Under the pieces are notes generated by a model. It was not told the DNA's origin, made no database searches, and saw only the letters and a list, made by a program, of their open reading frames with translations. Positions 49,150 through 64,000 of a stretch of DNA of 64,000 bases are shown in pieces. Source of the DNA: Octopus sinensis. Taxonomy: Eukaryota. Positions within the stretch are counted from its first letter, which is position 1. The number at the start of each line of letters is the position of its first letter. The stretch is from contig NC_043000.1 in the NCBI RefSeq assembly GCF_006345805.1, positions 88,536,001 through 88,600,000 on the forward strand. Reading direction: 5' to 3'. Made by a program: the position numbers and the translations under genes.

Positions 49150-51850
49150 TATCTGAAAGTGAAGTTCATCAAATTTGCTGGAAAGCATTCCTACGTATTC
49201 ATGAACTATCAAATAAAAGCGTATGGAATGCTGTAAGAAAACAAAATGAACAAGGAGAAGGATCTAAAAGGGAAACATATATCAAGAAATAAGATAAACG
49301 ATGTGAAGCTGAATAGAGTAACGAAACGCGTTGAAAAGTTATCTACATTCACAAGTCATTGCTCACGAGCATATTCTCCTGATAGGTAATTCTAGGCTTC
49401 AGGTGCTACTAATTGAATCAAGAATTTGTACCTGGATTATAATGTGTGTATGTTAGATAACAGTTCCGAAGAGGAAATTGTTAGCATGGATTATTACAGA
49501 AGAATTTTGATGTCGCAAAATAATATACATATTCACCAACCAAAATCTAATATTTGTAAAATCTGCGACAAATTTAAAGTTTCAATTGAGAATGCGCATG
49601 ATGTGGAGTCGTGGAATTCCATTGGACAAAGATTAGATTTTTACGTGGATACAGCGAGCGATGCCAGGAATCTGTTGAACTCGTTCAAATTAAATGATGA
49701 CCCTAGTATATTAGCAATCTGTGTAAACCTATAGTAAGCTTCACACCAAGACTGAACTCTGATATAGCTTATTATAAATCTAGGTTATAGATGTACAATT
49801 TGAGTCTTTTCAACCATACAATGAATCAACCTATCATGTACGTAGGAACTATTGAATCTGCAAGTTTTATACACCATTATATTAGGAAAAATAGCGACTG
49901 TGAGGTTAGAGAACTTTGTAAGCATTTTCAAATAAAACAAAAATATGAATTTAGAACTGATGTACTTAAAAAAGTCTTTCTTGAACATTGCTCCATATTG
50001 AACACATTTATCTACTTTGCTGATCACACGATAGCTCTCTATGATGCACAATGGCCAAATTAAACGAAATAAGAAAAAGTATTACAGTAATGTAATTTAT
50101 ACCGAAAAGGATTATGTTACAGCAATAACTATCGCCGTTTCGCATCATTTTCTAGTCGTAGAAACGAAACAGAGCAATGTTCTTGAGGCTGATGTCCTGA
50201 AATTATGCATTGTGAAGAACAAATCAGGAGCTGTTGAATTTATTGATGCAAGAAATTTAATATTTGATTTTAAAACCATACGTCATTGCCACTGATTATC
50301 ATACAATCGCTGATAATTAATATCCTGTCAGATTGCACAGAGGCCAAAAAAATCTATAATGCCAGTTCATTCAACCTATCTTAGCATACACTCAAAATGA
50401 ACTGCTATCAATATAAAAAATGGAAGACCTCAAATAATTGACACGTTTGATGATTACAAATGCAGCGAATCACTATCAGAATTAGTAAACACAGAACCTG
50501 CCGAATCAAGCACCACAACATTAGGCGACGATATAAACAACGAATTACACTAATAACATAAATATATATAAACAAATAGAAATAAATACGGAATTTTCTG
50601 TTAATATATCCATGTTTGATAATGTATTCTATTTCCTAAACAAGCAAATCTATAACCTAGTTGTAAATTAAAAAGATATAAGTTTTAAAAATTCAATTGT
50701 CTTTTTGTTTCAATACATCAACACTTATTAGGCAATAATAGATCACATACATACGTATAAATAAATAATTCACTAAATCACAATAACAACAAAGCTGAAA
50801 CATCTACATTGTTTGTAAAACTTCAAACGACTTTTGAAGCAAAGTTGTAAAATGTTAAATGTTCCCTTCTTCCACAGAACACTTCACATAAACTCATATA
50901 TATTATCTGTGAATAGAAGAAAATTTAGCAGCCTTGTTAATAGTTGTAATGTTAAAAGCACAATAAGCATAAAAATAACAATGTCAATAATGTAGATATA
51001 ACTAATACCAAACAGCATAATTCCCTACGATATCATTATTTTATTAGTGCCAAAATATTTATCCAAAATATTTATCCTATATTACAAAACAAAAATGTAG
51101 CAATACTAATGAAGGGTTACGATATACTATTTACATAGGACTGACATAGCTAAACTAAGTTAATGAAACTTTTATGAATATTATAGTCGTTAAAAAGCTC
51201 TTACCTGATTGATGGTTCCTATAAAAAATTAATAACGAAGCTCAGTATAATAAAGCGTGAATATCCATTGATGTAAGGGAGTTAAACGTTTCCCCATATG
51301 TTTGCATACTCATAACAGAAATATCGTGTTAATACAGAATGTACCGTTGCAAAAGATAAATACAGAATAGACGATTAGGAGAATGGGGGTAAAAGGGAAG
51401 AATACATAATCTATGTAGGAAGCATAGTAACATACTCCAGGTGATTAGGATTATCTTCAGAAAAAAAACAAACATAAAAAGTCCATCCCATAGGATAATA
51501 AGATATAATCTAAACACTGAACAACCACGACTGCAAAGGTAATACTTAAAACTAACCCAAAATGACTATGTAGTAACAGGAGAGAAGTAGGTGTTGCGAC
51601 AATAAAAGTAAACTTTTAAAACAAAGATAAACATAGCAAACATATGGTAGATTATGTAGCAACAACAGAAATTGCAACCACAAGGCAACATCTAATCCAT
51701 GATTTGTTTAGAATAGTTGTGGAGGCTAGTAGAACCCAGGTATTGGCAACGTTCAAAATAATATTTGAGATAGTGAGATAGTGCACTGTCAAATAAAGTC
51801 ATCCTTCAAAACAATTTTGAAGAATTCATACCATATTCAAGAATTGACAT

Positions 51851-51884
<34 letters not shown>

Positions 51885-51885
51885 G

Positions 51886-52000
51886 GCCTGCTCGCTTATC
51901 CAGCGGGGTGGCGTCATTTGAAGGCTAAAACAATGCGAAGCGCATTGTGACCAATGATGTGTAGCAACATCTGATAGCCTGGTAGGTCACGGTCACGGTG
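51886..52000 (+). mobile_element. Short SINE/retroposon 3' fragment between (TA)n tracts
   Basis: GC-richer island (gctaaaacaatgcgaagcgcattgtgacc..ggtcacggtcacg) resembling a recalled octopus SINE tail. Confidence 0.4.
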
Positions 52001-53647
52001 ATATATATATATATATTTATATGATATATATTTTATAAACACATGCATGCGCGTCTGTGTGTGAATGTGTGTGTGTGTGTGTTTGGACAAATAATTACTT
52101 CCTGTATTGAAGATGTAAATACAAATTCTATGAAAAATTGACTGGCTGTTTATAAGCAAGAATCTGCTAGATTATACGAAATACGCGTAAAGAATGATTT
52201 TACCTACAAGACCGTCACTGATTAAATCTAAGACCACTGGTGTACGAAAAGAAACCCTTAGTAAATTTCCTTAAAACATCTGTAGAGAAATGGAAGGCAA
52301 TGACATCACGCCTCTCGGATATTTCCAGTTCACAGTAAATCTGTCCTCCATCTCATCCTATACTTGTGACTTTAGAGTCAGTTAATATAAATACAAGGTT
52401 TTGGTAATACATGAGAAGATAGAAGTTATAGGTCATCTGTTATATTCTATTCGTGTTCGACTTTAAATTTCATATTGAAAAGTATCTCAGCTTGACAGTC
52501 TCCTCAGAGTAACGTCCTTTTCATCACAAAATGCATTCGATTTCAGGTCTAAAATAGTAGCAAATATAGACATGTTCAGATCAGATAAGTCAGCCAGGGC
52601 GAACGACTCGAAAAGAATAACTTGAATTGGCCTCTACGACCAGGAATTAAATGTTTCTACATAAATAAAAATTAGTTTTGGCTCCAATGAAAGAGAAATG
52701 GCCTGAATGAGCTTACACGAGCAACAATACCAGTCACACAATATCACTCTATCACTGCTAGATATTAAACGTAAAAGAAATATCCACAATTCCTACAACG
52801 AAGACAACAAATGTAACTTGGACGTTTCACTTTCTGACACAATATTTCATCATCTTCCTATTAATTTTCACTGTTCTTTACCTGGGGTAGGGCTTAGGTG
52901 TCATCCAGAAGAAATTGTCTCAGCTGTTTTAAGGCTAGGTCTTCTTTTCCACTTCGCTTTTTTACTAAGCCTTTGGTGATTTTCAACTGTAATTATTGCT
53001 TCATTGCCAGCTGAAAGTGATACTACAGGCAGGTATTATTTGTTATCGATGATTGGCTGCCTATTTATGATAGTAGAGCTAAAGAAATACCCTTTGCTAT
53101 CTCCTGAGTTTTAATTGGTGGTAGTCTTGAAACTGGCGGAGTGGGGTGCTGCTTATATTTTCCTTGCTTTGCTTAATTTTCCCAGTTTTTCCGAGCATTC
53201 ACCTCAATTGTGTTTATAAATATAGCAACCAGCCATTCTATCTTATATCATCAGTATCGTGTCTCTTGTCTCGACGCTTTTAACTAGGCACATTTTCGCT
53301 ATGATTGTGTTGTTGGCGCATGGGGTCTTTGGTAGATACAAATCCATTTGGTCACCCCCTGGCCAAATGTCGCCTCCGTTAATCTGCTCTGACTAGAAAT
53401 ATTTTGTAACAGTTGGTTTATGCACTTTACCACATTTTAAGTTTAATCAAAAGGTAGGGCTTATTTTCTCTTTCTATTTTAAAATATATCTACACTTAAT
53501 ATACTGGGAGCAATAACAGTGGTTGACAGATGTGTTACGGCGTTCAACAAAATAATTTTACTAGCTTCTGTGTAAAAGTAACGCTCAGATCAGTTTTTCT
53601 TAATTCTCTTACGGGGTCAAGTACTAAGTTCATTTTCGTCCACTAAC

Positions 53648-54135
53648 GTCCATATTCTGAACGCCTTACTTCCCTGGGCATGGACACATTGAAACTCCGA
53701 CGTCTGGCAGCTGACTTGGCAGACACCCATAAAATTATTAACCATCTTACCAACAATAACCCTGAGCATCTTTTCAAACTCCACCCGTCTAACACCCGTG
53801 GACATATTTACAAAGTTAGAAGGCAGCACAGCTCCCATCACTTTAGGAAACATTTTTTTCACGCTGAGAGTTGCTGAATCATGGAACAAACTGCCGGCAT
53901 CGGTTGTTAATTGTCGGAGCACTGCATCCTTCAAAACTTCCATGCTTTCTGAGATTCGCCAACACTACACCTGATTTCCTCCCCTTCATACACACACAAG
54001 CATGTATCTGACTCATACATTGTTCGCTTTCCAGACATTTGTACATTACTGCATACACTTTATACGCACTTTCTGACAAGTTGTGGTGCACCTGAGCACT
54101 GTATACAATAATTTCATTATTATCATTATTATTAT
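53648..54135 (+). mobile_element. 3' end of a second CR1-group LINE with a (TTA)n-like tail
   Basis: YSERLTSLGMDTLKLRRLAADL..HKII..TRGHIYK..RKHFFTLRVAESWNKLP..SFK* (one frameshift), followed by the 3' UTR. Confidence 0.85.
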
Positions 54136-54834
54136 TAACACCACTTGCAAATATCTGGTACAATGCACATGTTTTCTGTTAATTGTGCTATGCATTTCAT
54201 CCAAAGTATATATTTTGATTAAGTGCAGTCATCATCTGGAAATCTTTTCTGTTAACTGGTGCCTGGTTAAGTGAAATCTTCCATTGTCTGAGATATATCT
54301 TAGAACGTTATATAATGGACAAGACAAGAGTCTTTCAGGAAAACATTAGATTCAATGATTCATTTTAACAGTAAAATAGAATTATTCATAGGAAGAGAAA
54401 ACTAAATCTTTTAGAGCGTAATTTTCGTGTTATTCAGAATAGATTGCTGAGAATCGTAATTCTTTGAAATAATCAAGTTTTTGTTTTATCCTTCGTTGTC
54501 CGTCTGTACCTAAATACAATGAGTCTGTCTGTACCCTTATGGCATTAAAAAGGTTTGAATTATGCATTAGATGTGGTTTGGAATAAATCTAACTATGATT
54601 ATAACTAGGGAATCGATTTTATATCTAACGCGTATTTACATCAGTTATAAAGAAATCTAATTGTAAAAGATACGAGATTAATAGTGTAACTGAAACTGCA
54701 ATTAACCGATTCGTTGGTTTGCTTCTCAAGGACCTTACCTTCTAATTTATGTCACTTGTTATTTATATATTCTTGTACATGAAGTCACATTCCGATCTGA
54801 GTACTATCCGAGAGGGTACATATCGTCGTCGGCG

Positions 54835-55040
54835 GCGGCGGTGGGTTTATCTCGTATCCGAGAATTTAGTTTCTTCTTTGCTGAACGTTTCCTTCATGGT
54901 GATGCTATCGATGACTCTGTAGACCAATTCTTGCACAGAAGAGCATTGAGTGCATGGCAATGTTGGAGTACGAGGCTGATTTTGTCGATTCTTTCTCTCC
55001 TCTTGTTTGATTTCTTCCTTTTCTCTTTTGGTGGTTCTAG
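54835..55040 (-). mobile_element. RTE-clade LINE C-terminal fragment
   Basis: A basic stretch followed by PCTQC / CARIGLQSHR*H (frameshifted), the RTE C..C...SRIGL.SH.R.H motif. Confidence 0.55.
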
Positions 55041-55129
55041 TGATTTCTGATGGCCTATATAATAGTGCATGTATACACATTTATATACATATGTGTGTGC
55101 GTATATCTATATGTATAATTTTCTGTCTC

Positions 55130-56003
55130 TCACTGATTTATTAGTCCCCACTATCACCTTAGGTAGTACAATTTCTGACTTCATATAAATGCCGACGTCT
55201 ATTTTTAGAAACTTAACCATTATATCTTCTTATTCTCTCCTTCCTTTTTGAGGTTTATTTCTCACTTTTAGTACCCCACTCTGTACCATATTCTTTATCT
55301 ATCTCTCCACCTTAGTGCCTTTTCAAACATATCACCGCACCTCCAACTTCTCATAGATATACCTTCCTCACGTTCTTATCTCTTCTTTCTAACCCTCCCC
55401 TTATTCATTTTATCTACTGATAGCTCTCTTCTCCCCACTCCCTCACAATATCTTGACCACCATCTAGCACTCCTTTTTTCCTTTTCTTTTTCCCTTTCCC
55501 CTTTCCTCCCCTAATCTTTGACGAATAACATTTTTCTTCTTTCTAACATACTTATCTATTCTCTTCTCTCTATCTAATTCTCAAAATTTCATTTACACTA
55601 CAAGATCCTTTTGAATGAGCAACACACGGAATTAATATCTGCACACCATTCATTTGAAATAACAAAATATGAACACCTATCGGAATTTATATACCATGGA
55701 CAAGAAGCCTCTTTACCCATTCTACACAGTACATTCCTTACATAACGGAAGAGCAACTTTAAAATCCAACACATATTTTTATTTTGTTCTCATATTTCCC
55801 TGTATACTTCCTCTATCTCGCTATTTACAAAATAACTTGCTATATAATGAACTCTACTATTTTCTTCTATTGAAACTCTTTCATTTCGTCTCTGATGATG
55901 GGATATCTTTTATATCCCTGAAACAGCTGTAAGACTACCTTTCTCTTTATAAATGTCATAGAAATATCACACTGCTTTGGTCTTGCTATCTCATCGTATT
56001 TAG
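55130..56003 (+). mobile_element. Probable PLE 3' end / pseudo-LTR
   Basis: A short HGINICTPFI* motif near 55625-55652 resembles the PLE GIY-YIG C-terminal GIN..F*. A hammerhead lies at 55888-55935 and (TA)n follows. Confidence 0.5.
55888..55935 (+). ncRNA. Minimal type I hammerhead ribozyme (GUA site)
   Basis: GUCU-CUGAUGA-U GGGAUAU CUUUU AUAUCCC U-GAAA-C AGCU G-UA-AGAC. Stem II is 7 bp; stem III is the palindrome ACAGCUGU. Confidence 0.8.
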
Positions 56004-56008
56004 CATAT

Positions 56009-56042
<34 letters not shown>

Positions 56043-56262
56043 ATATATATATATATATATACATATATATGTGTGTGTGTGTGTGTGTGTATGTATATAT
56101 ATATATGTATGTATATATATATATATATATACATACATAGTTAATCCAAACAAGAAAGCACAAAAAAACACAACAACGCGAGGACGTGGAACAAATATAG
56201 TATTATTGGACGCTCAGGAAAGAAGGAAAGAAGCAGGGTACATACATATATATAATAATGAG

Positions 56263-56500
56263 GTAGTCAGAATGTTGGATGATTATATACATTTTTATTT
56301 ATATTTTATTCACACTTTTAGTGCTTTCTTCAATTATCAGATATATCATAACGTGGTTAAAAGTAAGATTTCTTAGTGTTTTTATATAAAAAAAAACATG
56401 CTAAGAGATCTAACTTTCAACCACTTTTTGATAAATTCAATAACGGAAGAGCACTAAAAAGTAAATAAAAATATATATAATCATCCAACATTCTGACTAC
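56263..56500. repeat. 238 bp foldback/MITE-like element
   Basis: gtagtcagaatgttggatgattatata at 56263 mirrors tatataatcatccaacattctgactac ending at 56500. Imperfect pairing extends to about 55-70 bp; no clear target duplication. Confidence 0.6.
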
Positions 56501-57625
56501 TTTATTATTCTAAATATAATAAAATATAATATATATATATATATATACACACACTAAAACCTGTAAATTACTGGGGAATATTCAAGTAAAATATAGCGAT
56601 AGAGAAGACATAGTTGAAAAATGAAAGCCAACACACGAACAACCGTACATTTATTACGTCTGTGTTTCTCTCACCTTTCTTTCTCTCTCTATTCTCTCGC
56701 TTCTCTCTCTTTCTCCCCTCTCTCTCTCTCTCTCTCTCTCACTCTGTCTCCACACACATATACACACACATTTACATATATACATCAGAAATAAAAGGAG
56801 TTAATATATCCAGGCAGATTGCTAGACAGCACTGTGTTAAACGAACTTGGTCAACTATATGAAACAGTCAGATACCAATAAGCTGAAATTGGATTAGCAT
56901 CCAAGATAAGTCTCCATGTATGACAATTAAATCCAAATATCGTTTGGAAAATTTTCAAGAAATTCGGTGTATAGGACAACAAGAACAAAAATGACAAAAA
57001 TAGAAATAATCTTTGATTTATGATTCCACTACACATCACCGGCAATCATGCATATTGCACCAGCATATAGTTAGATATTAGAAATATTTTCTCAGTTCAC
57101 TTTGAATTTAGCCCATTTTGGATTGCGTTAATAGCGTAGTTTTATATATTTTCGTATATATTAATTTCACTGGTATTTATTAACGTTCTTCTATATCTGA
57201 ATATGCTGGCACCATAGAAACGCTCAGCCGTAATGTACGGTGTAATTACCAGTTAAAGATGATGCTTAACCTTCTTGTATGTGTGTGTATGTGTGTATAA
57301 TTTCTATATATGTATTTATTTATACATTCCCTATATCACTTGAAATATGTATACATATATACACACCCATAAATGTATTCATATAGGTGTGTATCTGTGT
57401 ATATGTGTTTATGTGTGTGTATGTGTGTAACTATGTTCCTTTATGACGTATGAATAAGAAAGGAGAATCTTCAGTATATGTCGTTAAGGGTATGATTCTT
57501 TAATTGAAACTGAAGCTGAGAGATTGTCTCCTGACTCGAGCTTAACGTCGCTGCAGTCTTCAGGTGAAGATCTCATTCTCACAAAACTCCAGTCAAAAAG
57601 GTAAATATTATTTGAAGTTCATATG

Positions 57626-57660
<35 letters not shown>

Positions 57661-57663
57661 ACA

Positions 57664-57704
<41 letters not shown>

Positions 57705-57954
57705 GAATATGTATGTATTAATATATGTATGTATACATGCTTGCATGCGTATATGTATACACGCTTGCATGCCTATATGTATGTATTTATATATTTCGCT
57801 TAAGTATTGCGAAACCAATAAACCGTTGTAGAACTCAATACACGTACATTTCAGAAGGGGCTCCGATGAATATATAAGGTGTTATTCAGGCACTCAAGTA
57901 TGAGTCCACAACATCTTATAGCAGAAACAGCTGTAAGCTAATGAGGTTCTTAAG

Positions 57955-59220
<1,266 letters not shown>

Positions 59221-62200
59221 TTACTGAAATATCGATGTTAGCAGAATAAAATATAAGTGAATGACGTAGTGGCCGTAGTGTGAGGTCTGCTTGAGTTATA
59301 TATAACATCAAAGGCTTGGTTGCTCATGTGTTTCAAGTTTCCGCTCGCAATCGCTCGAAGCCTCGTAAACAGATATAAACGTAAATAAACTGCAACAGCT
59401 TCCGGCAAGATGATGGATAAAATGGGAAAATAATAAAAACACATTTTTTTAAGATGATGAAGAATTTCGTTTCCTGATTTTGTCGTCATTAGCATCTCAT
59501 TAATATGCATAGACACAGTTCCACTTAAAACCTCCTTGCCTGGAATTTTGACCTTACATTGGTGAATAAATTAGCAAATAATACCATGTATTGTTATGAT
59601 TATTTTGATTGTCAAAAGTAGTTAAATGAGACATGAGAAGGGAAGATAATACGTTTTACGTTTCGCGATCAAATTTATCGGGATGAATTTTGCTTATTTT
59701 TATCTCTTCGATATTGATAAAATATGTGTCAGTATAATACTGTAACAGATTGAAGAGACTACAACCATGTCTGAAATCTGAGTCGAGCCAACGCTCGAAT
59801 TGTTTATATTGAACCGTATGATCGATAGTTTGCTGACATAGAAACTTTGCAATATGTAATCACCAATATTTTCGTTCAAATATCTCAACTAAACTCATTA
59901 AAGTTCTCTTCTCTCCATTTCTGAAATGGACACTGAATTCTATATGACGTATTCAATCAAAGACACCCTTCACATTTGTTGCTTACTTTGCATATAGCTT
60001 CTCAGTGTGCTCTCTATCTTCCAGAGCTAGTCCTTTCCGATCCACCAATGATATAACAAACAACTTCGAAAGTATCTCCGGTCACTTCCACCCAACTGTG
60101 TCAATGTCCCTTTCATTACATTCAAATAAAGATGATTCTACCGATGTTTGTATCATATTTTCTCATTCCTTTCTAACATCTTAACGACTGTAAATCCCTG
60201 TTCCTTTTTTTGCCATCGGAAATAGGTTGAAACAGTATAACTGCTCTTGACATAAACATAGTATTCTATGCTGCTTGGTATACGAATCTCTCATTACTTC
60301 TGTCGTGACAATCCTTAAGATACTAACCACAAGTATCAGTTTATAATCCCAGCACTTTGTACATACACAATTCGTCTCAGAATATTCAAGTACAGCATTA
60401 TGACAGGAAAAATTTTGTAAATGATACCACGTCCTTGTGGATTTGTTACTAATGCCAATTAAATGTGACCTAGGGGAAGGAAAGAAAATAAAAACCTGTA
60501 TAAGTTTTGGAGAAAAGTATAGAGATGAGGTGAAGAATATTGTAGATAAGAATTATTATGATGATGACCACCACAATGATAAGTTTTATATTTTTCACTG
60601 GCTGTATAACGTGCATCTATATTTTAAAGATTTGTCCTGAATCCCATACGATCAACAAATATATGTTAAGCAGAACCAGGATGTAAATGCAATTGCAAAG
60701 TGAACCGAGATGATTGGCGGACTAAACTCTAAACCCGAATATTCTCAGCTTGTCTGAATACTGTTCTCAATAGTTCGACCAGTGAAACAAGGCAAAGCAG
60801 GTAAAAAAAATATATATCTTTGTCAGAAAGAAAGGCCTGCAGCAGGCTTGAAATCGAAATTCACGAAGAATAATTCAACAATCTTTTCCTTTTTAAAATT
60901 AATATACGAAAGTATTTCTATAAATCAAAGGACCATCTTTTAAATATACGGGTATCTACAGGGCTTGGGTTCTCACATTGACACATTGTATCAATTTAAT
61001 TCATATGCAAAATATTACAGATTTTTGAGGGAAAAGAAGAAAGTCATTTCAGTTGTTCCATCATATGAACACTGGTAATTATTCTATCGCCTTGAATGAC
61101 AAAGTTAATCCCGGTGAGGTTTACAACTAGAATGTAAAAGGATATGCGTCACTACCGCAATAACTGCAACACATTGTTATTATCATATATTCTTTAACAA
61201 TCTAACGTTTGTACCTCTCAACGCCTTGCTATTTTATATTACTATTAGATTATGATATATTGTGTCATATTCTTTTAAGGTTTGACAAATCCAGAGACAC
61301 TTGAGATCCATTATAGCAATCCATAATATGGTTTTAGAAACGAAGCCTCAATATCTGTTTTCATTGAATACTAAAGTAGCAAGATGTATCGGATTTCGAT
61401 TTACATACTTGGAAGATTTTTATAAATATGCATAAGAATGAAATTTGAATTTTTATGTCGTTTCTTGTGGTGATAGTATATTTCCTTCATTGCTGAAGAC
61501 AAAAAAAAAATAATAAAACAATCATGAATAACGAAGCTGATAAAAAATTTTTCTATTGTGGAGATGCAGAAAAAACATATCAAAATATTTCGGAACTTGT
61601 TGAAATTCCCTTTGCTGAGAAATAGTTCAGTTCTGTATAACATTTTAAATTGTTTCTATAAAAAACATCGTACAATCTCTTTATCTTGAAAAGAAGAGAA
61701 AAAACTCAGCATTGAGGAAATATGTTGTTATCTATTCAAATTAATCACAAAGCCAAACGATGTATCACTTGGTGATTTATTGACTGTGGGAAGATGTTTC
61801 TATATTTTTTATTTCCATTTATTTGTATACAAGCCAAGTAAATAAACGAAACACCTACATCTAACTAGTACTGACAAAATCAACACTCATTTAGATTGCG
61901 GTGGTGTACGAAGTAATCACGGCTTCGGGTGTATCTACATGTTCCAGAATTTTAATTGTTATCCAATCTCCTCCGCGTGTGGAATATTACTTTGAAAATT
62001 AAGCCCAGTTCATCAGGCTTTAGGGATATCATTATTTCTTTACAGCATCCACTTAGACGGTGAAACATTTGCGACAAGCATATCAAAGGTAGATTTGTAT
62101 TAACTATGTCAGCTACTCGCTATCCTACTTTCGATGGCTGCAGAAAGCAAGTAACCCACTAGGCACGGTAATCTACTTCTACTTCTGCAATGTATCTGTC

Positions 62201-64000
62201 TAATGTACCTCTTTCTTTAGGAGGATATAATTTTCATGTGTTTGTATTGATGGTTTTTAATCAAGGCTGAAGAGAAGACAATGACGGTAACAACGTCAGT
62301 GGTGCACAGGTTTTGCAATGCTTCGAACAATCTGTTTGTGAGATTAATGCAGATAAAACTTAAAACTGGAAGGTTGAGCTGATAGCATGTAGGTGAAACG
62401 GACAAGACTACTGTATATGACAGCCTTACATCCACTCAACACAAATTTCTCTGCAAGTAACGCTGTCGACATGACAAAAAGAATTCGCCAAATTTCCAGC
62501 AACATCTATCTTTCTTCATAATCACAGTCCCTAAATTATAGTCTAGTGTGTCTAAATTTATGCCGGAATTTCAGGAGCCAAAGTTTCAATCATATGAAAG
62601 CCTATGAAAAATAACGAATTCTTACTCACTGTTGCCTTCAATGTCGCCCCCTTCAAATGTTTCCTACTTTCTAAACTAGGAGAACAAATTTTACGACCCG
62701 GCCAAAACATCTGTATATTATACGAGTTTGGTGTGGTCATTTGATACGTCACGATGCAGTACAGGCATGAATGGTGTAGTGCTTCAAAAGCATTCCCTTC
62801 GTCGATTTATCTGTGATGATACACACTTGAATATATTTAAGCTGTATATGCGGTGAGCAGGACATTACTTGAACACAAGTTAAGTAAACCGGAAAAGAAA
62901 ACGACAGTGCATATAAGCAGTGAATTATCCATACATACGTTGATATTGCATAGAAACTTTGATATATTCAATTCTTGCACAGTAGCTATACCTCCTGATA
63001 AATGATATTTACCATGAACACTAATATCAGTGTGGTTTTGACCAGTGAATGACCGGTGACAGCTGTCTTACAGATTATATTTGAAATAAGATGAAAGAAT
63101 AACTGTGCCTCTGAAGAGAATTCAGCTGCATGAAGGTTCTGGAGATTTAATATATGTTTCTAGTAATTAAGTGAATTAAGAAAGTGTTCTCAAAAACAGA
63201 ACACAATATTTACAACGGTATTGAACTCATAACCTATGAATAGTATATACTAGTACCTAAACCACTTGGCCAATTCTGTTCTTTGTTGATGTTAACACAC
63301 CGACCATCTGTTCTTCTAACCATTCATCGTTGCTTAATTGATTGGACCTGGCCCAAATAATCAAACCAATAGTAATTATATAAAGCAACAGGATGGTTGA
63401 GAGGCCACAAACGTTAGATTGTTGAAAAAAATGTATGATAAAAACAATGTATTGCAAATATTGTAGTAGTGATGCACGTCCTGTTTTACATTTTACTCTT
63501 TCAAAGCTAATATGCTTATTAGTGTAATTAACGGACGTAACATGTTCTGGTGGTATTTGCTTTCACAGAATATTGTGTTTTGGTATCATGTTCCTTTTGA
63601 AAGTGTTTGTTTTACGTGTTGAGAAAAATGAAAAAAAAAAACACGAAATACTTTCTCGCGGAAGCGTTACGCCTCTACTTGATAGACAACTAACAAACAT
63701 CCTTGTATGGATTATTGAATATGGAATAGGTGATACAATGAATCTGATATGAGGAAAGTAAGAGAATGTAAAGTAGCTAGTGGAACCGTTCTCTCCTTCA
63801 CATAACACAATTAAAGTAATATAAACTACCGAACCGTATGACATCGATTTTAAGTAGATACGATAACAAGTGGCTTAAAAGATATTCTGTCGAGAATTGG
63901 TTCAATTCTTATCCTCCAGTTCCACAGACCGCGCATTCTATATTACCATAAAAGATTTTGCAATTCTAGATATGCGTTCGTTGAATCACTAAATGAATGA

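Noticed and set aside
57500-57560. CUGAAGA plus hairpin on the minus strand
   Set aside because: No GAAA or stem III, so it is not a hammerhead fold.
62046-62088. Possible 43 nt exon (ttatttctttacag|...AAG|gtagat; IHLDGETFATSISK)
   Set aside because: The splice-like signals are plausible, but there are no partner exons or homology; RNA-seq would be needed.
63257-63457. Hydrophobic 66 aa ORF on the minus strand
   Set aside because: It starts at a non-ATG codon, has no AG acceptor and matches no recognisable family.

Overview
Repeat-saturated, AT-rich animal genomic DNA. The SINE families, microsatellite load and LINE types look like an octopus genome; this is inferred from recalled repeat sequences, not from a search. 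I recognised no host protein-coding exon, and almost all listed ORFs are microsatellite artefacts or transposon fragments. Supported content: (1) R4/Dong-type RLE LINEs, including a nearly full-length copy at 15453-19435, a 7.6 kb head-to-tail nest of four copies in (TAA)n tracts, a further copy at 40729-43406 and three older relics. (2) A 5'-truncated CR1-group LINE (9868-12533), plus CR1 and RTE 3' fragments. (3) A 1.24 kb Tc1-like DD36E transposon, a Tc1 MITE and a Sola-like relic split by a Helitron-like insertion. (4) Many tRNA-derived SINEs. (5) Most notably, at least five unrelated elements carrying minimal type I hammerhead ribozyme folds with palindromic or near-palindromic stem III. 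These include a Penelope-type tandem-plus-inverted structure with a U3-A8 core variant, a 3 kb palindrome with a hammerhead in each arm, and a putative tRNA-headed hammerhead SINE whose internal (TAA)n appears to host the LINE nest. A 100-N gap at 23606-23705 is flanked by a probable assembly overlap duplication.
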